Source: Feifaniaceae bacterium (lineage in GTDB: Bacteria; Bacillota; Clostridia; Oscillospirales; Feifaniaceae). From it: a stretch of DNA of 24,000 bases. The stretch lies in assembly GCA_045545175.1 (NCBI GenBank), contig JAZQAK010000047.1, positions 98,975 to 122,974 of the forward strand, in the 5' to 3' direction. Position 1 is the stretch's first letter. Every line of letters begins with the position of its first letter. Positions 18,661 to 24,000 of the stretch are shown piece by piece. Below the pieces are notes generated by a model that had not been told where the DNA came from, made no database searches, and was given only the letters and a program-made list of their open reading frames with translations. The translations under genes and the position numbers were made by a program.

Positions 18661-19544
18661 ATTTCACCACTTGATACTATTCTTTCTATTTTCCCGGGCA
18701 TTTCACCCAGAAAAACAACGTAATCAAATATTCCTTTACAGATACATTTTTTCATATCTTCACGTAATAAAAGCTGTTTTTCGTCATCAGAATGGCAAGT
18801 TGCTATCACAGGCACTCCCATAGATGAAATATACTCAAGTGAAGCAACGTCCTGTACCGACGTTACTTCATCAAAAACAAGAACGTCGGGAGACAGATTT
18901 TTAATAGCACATACAGCACCGTCAAGCTTCTCATATCCTTTAAGTATGGTGGTATTCGCACCAAGATTTATCCCCGACATACTAAGTTCGAGAGTTGTGT
19001 CAATAACACAGCATTTATATCTGTCGAAAGATAATTTTTGCGTTAAATCCCTTAACATAGTTGTCTTGCCCATATACGGCTTAGATACTATTAAAACGGA
19101 AGGTAACCGTTCTTCTTTTTTTATGACCTCGTAAATACCTTGAGAGCAATCCTTATGCGCTTCGAAAAAGCGGAAAACCAGCGTTCTGACTTCCGTTATT
19201 TTAGGACGGTTATCTTTCCCCATAACTCTGTGTCCTGCTATTCCCACTCTGATTCCGTTATCAAGCATTATGAATCCGTTTACCACATTTTCACTTTGAT
19301 CGTATCTCGTGGAAGATTTCAGCCTTTCAAACGTATATTCAGTCTCATTCTCTGTAACAACCGGACAATCCGTCATCCATTTGCTCAAATCACCGTGTTT
19401 ATTAAGATAAAACAGCTCACTCCCGCGCATCACCTGTACGGGTGATGCGGCTGATAATCTTATTTCATTACAGTCAATATTCAGAGGTAGAAATTTTACT
19501 ATTCTGTACGGTAAATACACCGCTATATTTTCAAGCGTCATCAT
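18645..19544 (-). CDS. spoIIIAA: Stage III sporulation protein AA (ATPase)
   Basis: EIRLSAASPVQVMRGSELFYL...VSKPYMGKTTMLRDLTQKL...DVLVFDEVTSVQDVASL; GGAGTG SD before ATGATG at 19544; the track start 19619 would overlap the upstream terminator. Confidence 0.93.
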   Translation of the reverse strand: MMTLENIAVYLPYRIVKFLPLNIDCNEIRLSAASPVQVMRGSELFYLNKHGDLSKWMTDCPVVTENETEYTFERLKSSTRYDQSENVVNGFIMLDNGIRVGIAGHRVMGKDNRPKITEVRTLVFRFFEAHKDCSQGIYEVIKKEERLPSVLIVSKPYMGKTTMLRDLTQKLSFDRYKCCVIDTTLELSMSGINLGANTTILKGYEKLDGAVCAIKNLSPDVLVFDEVTSVQDVASLEYISSMGVPVIATCHSDDEKQLLLREDMKKCICKGIFDYVVFLGEMPGKIERIVSSGEICSNI

Positions 19545-19574
19545 TTTTTCACTCCGTGTTTTTAACTTCAATAC

Positions 19575-19602
19575 ATCATATGCCTGTCCTTTCCGTTTAT
19601 GA
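19575..19602 (-). promoter_or_regulatory. Candidate SigE-like sporulation promoter for spoIIIA operon
   Basis: Minus strand TCATAAA (19602-19596), 13 nt, CATATGAT (19582-19575), about 30 nt before ATG 19544; resembles KMATATT / CATACAMT but not perfect. Confidence 0.4.
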
Positions 19603-19604
19603 AT

Positions 19605-19630
19605 AAAAAATGCACCCACAATTCGGGTGC
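19605..19630 (-). terminator. Rho-independent terminator upstream of spoIIIAA
   Basis: Minus strand GCACCC-gaattgt-GGGTGC followed by ATTTTTTATT (stem 19612-19617 / 19625-19630). Confidence 0.8.
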
Positions 19631-19640
19631 TGTTTGATCT

Positions 19641-19667
19641 TTAAAAATATATGTCAGTCTTTTTCAT
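19641..19667 (-). CDS. Putative 8-aa micro-ORF MKKTDIYF
   Basis: ATG AAA AAG ACT GAC ATA TAT TTT TAA with AAGGAG SD at 19680-19675, 7-nt spacing; ends 10 nt before terminator stem. Confidence 0.3.
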   Translation of the reverse strand: MKKTDIYF

Positions 19668-19766
19668 TTTCCTGCTCCTTTTAACGCCATTCAACAATCT
19701 TACTATGCTTTAGTCATCTTAAAGAGATTAATTAACACCTATTTTAAATTGATAATTTACGTTAAC

Positions 19767-19795
19767 AGTATAATCCTTATTTATCACATTATCAA
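19767..19795 (-). promoter_or_regulatory. Candidate SigA promoter driving the short unit
   Basis: Minus strand TTGATA, 17-bp spacer, TATACT. Confidence 0.55.
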
Positions 19796-19894
19796 AATTT
19801 GCTTATAACCTAACGTTTTAATACAAAAATAGTTCTTTACTGTTCTCCTTGCGGTTGTCATACTCTGTTGGGAACTTTTTTAATTTGCCGGTAA

Positions 19895-19930
19895 AAAAAA
19901 GAGACGTTGAAAAATCAACATCTCTTTTAA
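19895..19930 (-). terminator. Rho-independent terminator after CD1247-like gene
   Basis: Inverted repeat AAAAGAGACGTTGA / TCAACATCTCTTTT with one imperfect pair and a T-run on minus strand. Confidence 0.8.
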
Positions 19931-19941
19931 TTTATAAACGT

Positions 19942-20397
19942 TTATTCGTTTTCGCAGTCACATTCTTCGCAGTCACAGCAATCGCAAATATCATCAAGTT
20001 CAATTTCGAAGTGCTCACCGCATTCAGGACATACGATCTCATCATCATTTTCTACGTCTTCGGGAAGAACAAGTTCTTCACCGCAGCCGGGGCAAATTGC
20101 TTCGTAGTAAATACCGTCGCAATCATCACCGCAACAGTCACAATCGTCATCATCGCAGTCACAACCGCATTCATCGTCACCGTAGAATTCTTCTTCCAGT
20201 AAACCGAGATCTTCATCAATCTCATCAACACGTGCATCAACAGCGTCAATATTGTCAACAACATCTTCAAAAGAAGCCGCAACTTCATCGAGAACTTCAA
20301 CTATCGCTGCAAATATTTTACCTTCCTTAGAATCCTCGTCAACGCCGAGACCGTCAATAAGACCTTTGAGATATGAAACCTTTTCAGTAATTTCCAT
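19942..20397 (-). CDS. CD1247 N-terminal domain-like protein with zinc-ribbon motif and Cys/Asp-rich clusters
   Basis: MEITEKVSYLKGLIDGLGVDEDSKEGKIFAAIVEVLDEVAASF...CGCDCDDDDCDCCGDDCD...CPGCGEE...CPECGEHFEIELDDICDCCDCEECDCENE. Confidence 0.8.
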   Translation of the reverse strand: MEITEKVSYLKGLIDGLGVDEDSKEGKIFAAIVEVLDEVAASFEDVVDNIDAVDARVDEIDEDLGLLEEEFYGDDECGCDCDDDDCDCCGDDCDGIYYEAICPGCGEELVLPEDVENDDEIVCPECGEHFEIELDDICDCCDCEECDCENE

Positions 20398-20415
20398 TTT
20401 AAACTCCTTTAAAAC

Positions 20416-20973
20416 TTATGCTCTTTCCATATATTCGCCTGTTCTTGTATCAACACGGATCATATCACCCTCGTTGATGAACATGGGAACACGGATTTCA
20501 GCGCCTGTTTCAAGTGTAGCAGGCTTTAATGAATTAGTTGCTGTGTTACCCTTAACACCGGGTTCTGAATGAGTAACCTGAAGTTCAATAAAGAACGGAG
20601 GTTCAACACCAAAAACGTTACCCTTGTATGAGAGAACCTTACATACAAGATTTTCCTTAACAAACTTGAAGTTGTCTGAAAGAACTTCCTTGTTAATCGG
20701 AACCTGTTCATATGTCTCTACGTCCATGAAGTAATAGAGGTCTCCGTCATTGTAGAGATATTCCATATCCTTTCTTTCAATGAAAGCTGTAGGGAACTTA
20801 TCTGTGGGGTTGAAAGAGCGCTCAACAACGCTTCCTGTAATAACGTTTTTGTACTTTGTTCTTACAAAAGCTGCGCCCTTACCCGGCTTAACGTGCTGGA
20901 ATTCGACAACCTGAACAACGTTTCCGTCAAGTTCAAATGTTGCACCGTTTCTAAAATCGCCTGCTGTAATCAT
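20416..20973 (-). CDS. efp: Translation elongation factor P
   Basis: 185 aa [47 protein letters not shown]...[17 protein letters not shown]. Confidence 0.97.
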   Translation of the reverse strand: MITAGDFRNGATFELDGNVVQVVEFQHVKPGKGAAFVRTKYKNVITGSVVERSFNPTDKFPTAFIERKDMEYLYNDGDLYYFMDVETYEQVPINKEVLSDNFKFVKENLVCKVLSYKGNVFGVEPPFFIELQVTHSEPGVKGNTATNSLKPATLETGAEIRVPMFINEGDMIRVDTRTGEYMERA

Positions 20974-21011
20974 AATATCATCCTTCTTTGTTTAGTTTAA
21001 TCTATAGAAAT

Positions 21012-21040
21012 ATAATACAATATGTGGTGCATTATTTCAA
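21012..21040 (-). promoter_or_regulatory. Candidate SigA promoter for efp
   Basis: Minus strand TTGAAA (21040-21035), 17-bp spacer, TATTAT (21017-21012). Confidence 0.5.
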
Positions 21041-21043
21041 GAG

Positions 21044-21481
21044 TTATTTATTAAAAAGTAGTTTCAATGCTTCAAGTGCCACAAGATAACTGTTTTCACC
21101 AAGTCCCGAAACGCTTCCTGAACATACGGGACCTATCATTGAAACGTGCCTGAAATCCTCTCTCTGAAATACGTTAGAGAGATGCGTTTCAATAACGGGT
21201 ATTTTTACTGCACTTATGGAATCCCTTATCGCAATACTGTAATGAGTATAGGCACCTGCATTCAAAATAATACCGTCAGCTTTGCCGAAAGCATTTTGAA
21301 TTGCCGAAACTATCTCACCTTCAACGTTCGACTGAAAAAATTCGCATTTTATATCAGATTCTTTAGCTTTTTCTTCTATTTTTTTACAAATAGCATCAAG
21401 CGAACTGTCCCCGTATATCCCCGGCTCTCTTACACCGAGCATATTGAGATTGGGGCCGTTTATAACAAGTATGTTTTTCAT
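21044..21481 (-). CDS. aroQ: 3-dehydroquinate dehydratase, type II
   Basis: 145 aa ILVINGPNLNMLGVREPGIYG...IILNAGAYTHYSIAIRDSI...PVIETHLSNVFQREDFRH. Confidence 0.96.
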   Translation of the reverse strand: MKNILVINGPNLNMLGVREPGIYGDSSLDAICKKIEEKAKESDIKCEFFQSNVEGEIVSAIQNAFGKADGIILNAGAYTHYSIAIRDSISAVKIPVIETHLSNVFQREDFRHVSMIGPVCSGSVSGLGENSYLVALEALKLLFNK

Positions 21482-21484
21482 ATT

Positions 21485-22339
21485 TTACCTCAAACACTTT
21501 TTATACATATTCATCATTGCAAGTGCATCCTCTGTCTGTGTTCCTGCACTCTCACAAATTATAGTCGGTGAAAGGTCTCTCTCAGCAATAAGTTCTGCAA
21601 GAGGCATAAAATCAGGACCAAATACATCATCTTCAAACGTAAGATGCTTTTTTTCACCGCCGTCGGTATATTCAATCTTGGAAAAATGGGCGTGGAAAAC
21701 CTTTGCCCTGTCACTTCCGAGCCTGTTTTCCAACGTATCAAGAATAAAGGCATAGTCTTCTTTTGTTTTTATACTTCCCCTATCCCTTGCATTGAGATGA
21801 CCGAAATCAATCGTCGGCAAAAGCCAGTCATCAAGTTCGCATAACGCCATAACTTCATCAAGATTACCAAGTTGATTTACTTTTCCCATGGTTTCAAGAC
21901 ACATATGAACATCAGAGAGGCCCTCAGCCTTTAACGCCTCTATTGCAGATTTTACGGTTTCTTTCGCATATCCGAGAGCTACTTTTCTTGAAAGTTTTCC
22001 GCATGAACCGCTGTGTACAACAATGCGGTCACCGCCAAGTTTTTTTACAAGTTCTGCACTCTGCAAAATATAGCGTATGCTTCCCTGTCTTTTACTCTCT
22101 TCAACGCTTGAAAGAGATATGAAATACGGGGCGTGTACCGAAATTTTAATATTGTGCTTCACGCACTCTTCGGCAACTTTTTTTGCAGTTTCATCAGAAG
22201 TTGAAACACCACGACCACACTGATATTCATAGGCATTAAGGCCCATATTTTCAAGATACGCCATCATCTGCCACGTGCTTTTATTACCGTCATCATAAAA
22301 ACGCTGACTGTTACCTGCCGGACCAAAAAATGCACTCAT
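21485..22339 (-). CDS. TIM-barrel protein, apurinic endonuclease (Nfo / endonuclease IV) family-like
   Basis: 284 aa; ISVHAPYFISLSS, VVHSGS, LETMGK, PTIDFGHLNAR, KVFHAHFSKIEYTDGGEKKHL, PTIICESAG motifs of AP endonuclease family 2. Confidence 0.85.
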   Translation of the reverse strand: MSAFFGPAGNSQRFYDDGNKSTWQMMAYLENMGLNAYEYQCGRGVSTSDETAKKVAEECVKHNIKISVHAPYFISLSSVEESKRQGSIRYILQSAELVKKLGGDRIVVHSGSCGKLSRKVALGYAKETVKSAIEALKAEGLSDVHMCLETMGKVNQLGNLDEVMALCELDDWLLPTIDFGHLNARDRGSIKTKEDYAFILDTLENRLGSDRAKVFHAHFSKIEYTDGGEKKHLTFEDDVFGPDFMPLAELIAERDLSPTIICESAGTQTEDALAMMNMYKKCLR

Positions 22340-22839
22340 TTTATAACACCTTTCTTTTTAAGTGAACGTATTATCGGTACTTCAAGAATCCTTTTCAGTT
22401 TAATCGCAAACTGTTCGTGATTATCAATAGGTCTGACAAGCATAGACTTTATTCCTGCCCTGTTTGCCCCCCATATATCCGTATATATCTGGTCTCCGAT
22501 GCCGACTGTTTCTTCTTTTTTCGCATCCATTATTTTCAGCGCCTCAACATATCCTTTTTGAGTAGGCTTGAGAGCTTCAAACACAGTCGGAAGTCCGATA
22601 TTTTCATTAAATTTCTTTACGCGTGCACCCTTACCGTTTGACACAATGCAGAGTTTTATCCCTGCATTTATAAGTTCATCAATCCAACCGTAGAGTTTTT
22701 CATCACCAACTTCTACCGTATTGGAAATAAGTGTGTTATCTATATCAAGGATAATGTTTTTAATACCTTCACTTATAAAAAAAGTGCTGTCCGTCATATA
22801 AACATTATCAAAATAATATGTCGGTTTAAATTTTTTCAA
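22336..22839 (-). CDS. YqeG family HAD IIIA-type phosphatase
   Basis: 167 aa; IKNIILDIDNTLISNTVEVGD...LCIVSNGKGARV...KKEETVGIGDQIYTDIWGANRAG; TTG start with GGAGGTG SD; ATGA overlap with the next gene. Confidence 0.92.
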   Translation of the reverse strand: MKKFKPTYYFDNVYMTDSTFFISEGIKNIILDIDNTLISNTVEVGDEKLYGWIDELINAGIKLCIVSNGKGARVKKFNENIGLPTVFEALKPTQKGYVEALKIMDAKKEETVGIGDQIYTDIWGANRAGIKSMLVRPIDNHEQFAIKLKRILEVPIIRSLKKKGVIK

Positions 22840-22855
22840 AAAAGCACCTCCAATA

Positions 22856-22891
22856 ACAAAAATAGGTGTGTAACCGCAAGGTCACACACCC
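22856..22891 (-). terminator. Rho-independent terminator after rpsU
   Basis: Minus strand GGTGTGT...ACACACC hairpin followed by TATTTTTG. Confidence 0.75.
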
Positions 22892-22901
22892 GTTTTGTGA
22901 A

Positions 22902-23078
22902 TTACTTATACTTACGCTTTCTTGCAGCCTCGGATTTTTTCTTACGTTTAACGCTTGGCTTCTCGTAATGTTCTCTCTTGCGGAGCTCTGAAAGCACGCC
23001 GGACTTTGCACACTGTCTCTTGAAACGACGAAGTGCACTGTCAAGTGATTCATTCTCTTTTACTCTGATTTCTGCCAT
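22902..23078 (-). CDS. rpsU: 30S ribosomal protein S21 (not in supplied ORF track)
   Basis: 58 aa [58 protein letters not shown]; GGAGGGAGGG SD upstream. Confidence 0.97.
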   Translation of the reverse strand: MAEIRVKENESLDSALRRFKRQCAKSGVLSELRKREHYEKPSVKRKKKSEAARKRKYK

Positions 23079-23136
23079 TTAAATTTCCCTCCCTCCGCAC
23101 TAAGCCAGGGTAATAATTATTTCTAAAACATAATAT

Positions 23137-23165
23137 ATTATAAGTTAAACAACACGAATTGTCAA
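23137..23165 (-). promoter_or_regulatory. Full-consensus SigA promoter for rpsU
   Basis: Minus strand TTGACA (23165-23160), 17-bp spacer, TATAAT (23142-23137). Confidence 0.85.
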
Positions 23166-23172
23166 TAGATAA

Positions 23173-24000
23173 TTATTTTACAACAATATTTGCTAATTTA
23201 TTCTTGACATATATCGTTTTAATTACCGTCTTTCCTTCAAGATGAACTGCAAGTTCGGGATTGTTTTTTATCATTTCGATAACTGCATCCTGCTCTGAAT
23301 CTGCAGGAATAAGAAGTCTGCCTTTGAGTTTACCATTTACCTGTACTGCAATCTCGGCTTCACTGTCAATACATTTCGCCTCGTCATATGACGGCCATTC
23401 AGCAAGTGAACAAAGTCCCTTTTCTCCAAGCATATGCCACATTTCTTCACAGAGATGCGGTGCAAAAGGACAAAGGAGTTTAACAAAAGTCTTAAGTTCA
23501 TCTTTTGTAAGTTTTTTAACGTCGTATATTGTATTTATAAGTGTCATCATACTTGCAATAGCTGTATTGAACTTCATTTCTTCAATGTCGCTTGACACTT
23601 TCTTTATCGTCTTATGGAATGCACTTTCAAGTTCGGGGGTAACACCGTTTCCCGAAGCGATATCATACAAATCTGCCACACGGTCAAGAAATCTCTTACA
23701 ACCCTTAACACTGCTCTCACTCCACGGTGCTGCAGATGTGTAGTCACCCATAAAGAGAATATACGTACGCAGTACGTCAGCACCGAATTCATCTACAACG
23801 TCGTTGGGGTCAACAACGTTGCCCTTCGACTTACTCATCTTTTCACCGTCAGGTCCGAGAATAAGTCCCTGAGCCGTTCTCTTTGCATAAGGTTCCTTAG
23901 TCGGAACTTCGCCTATATCGTAAAGGAATCTGTGCCAGAAACGTGAGTAAATAAGGTGTCTTGTAACGTGCTCCATACCGCCGTTATACCAGTCAACAGG
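23173..24000 (-). CDS. leuS: Leucyl-tRNA synthetase, C-terminal part (5' end beyond right edge)
   Basis: Frame open to edge: PVDWYNGGMEHVTRHLIYSRFWHRFLYD...GEKMSKSKGNVVDPNDVV (KMSKS) ...anticodon-binding and C-terminal domain. Confidence 0.97.
   Translation of the reverse strand, partial: PVDWYNGGMEHVTRHLIYSRFWHRFLYDIGEVPTKEPYAKRTAQGLILGPDGEKMSKSKGNVVDPNDVVDEFGADVLRTYILFMGDYTSAAPWSESSVKGCKRFLDRVADLYDIASGNGVTPELESAFHKTIKKVSSDIEEMKFNTAIASMMTLINTIYDVKKLTKDELKTFVKLLCPFAPHLCEEMWHMLGEKGLCSLAEWPSYDEAKCIDSEAEIAVQVNGKLKGRLLIPADSEQDAVIEMIKNNPELAVHLEGKTVIKTIYVKNKLANIVVK

Larger units (their letters stand above)
19605..19760 (-). ncRNA. Candidate small independently transcribed RNA or micropeptide mRNA (about 155 nt)
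   Basis: Bounded by TTGATA-17-TATACT promoter (19795-19790 / 19772-19767) and terminator 19605-19630; no long ORF inside; micro-ORF MKKTDIYF. Confidence 0.4.

Noticed and set aside
19849-20202. 117-aa plus-strand ORF over the CD1247-like gene
   Set aside because: Val/Thr/Ile-rich low-complexity translation (IITATVTIVIIAVTTAFIVTVEFF) is the reverse complement of the Asp/Cys-rich codons, so it is an artefact.
23261-23946. Plus-strand ORFs of 160 and 110 aa opposite leuS
   Set aside because: Antisense to the clear LeuRS frame with KMSKS motif.
1-24000. tRNA, rRNA, riboswitch, transposase, phage or defence-island genes
   Set aside because: None recognised on either strand by eye. A tRNAscan-SE, Rfam or DefenseFinder run would be needed to rule out weak cases.

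Overview
The window is a low-to-moderate-GC Firmicutes (Clostridia-like, spore-forming) chromosome segment with essentially all coding on the minus strand. Right to left it contains: leuS (partial), rpsU, yqeG, a Nfo-like TIM-barrel gene, aroQ, efp, a Cys/Asp-rich CD1247-like gene, the complete eight-gene spoIIIA operon (AA-AH), an Asp23-family gene, nusB-xseA-xseB-ispA-dxs-tlyA-nadK-argR-recN-tyrS, and a very large secreted protein gene that runs off the left edge. The supplied ORF track omits that gene, probably because its stop codon is outside the window. I read plus-strand triplets 1-3 to 5047-5049 (codons of the minus-strand frame) and found no in-frame stop, giving 1683 codons. It encodes a signal peptide, Ig-like modules, three arrays of Gly-punctuated beta-rich repeats, a ComEC-type metallo-beta-lactamase domain (THSHSDH ... 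LAADT ... GHHG) and two FIVAR-like helical segments. The second candidate for novelty is a short transcription unit (about 155 nt, own promoter and terminator, 8-codon micro-ORF with good Shine-Dalgarno) between the CD1247-like gene and spoIIIAA. The rest is conserved housekeeping and sporulation synteny. No CRISPR array, tRNA, rRNA or mobile element was recognised. All family calls come from reading the sequence and recalling motifs; no database was searched.
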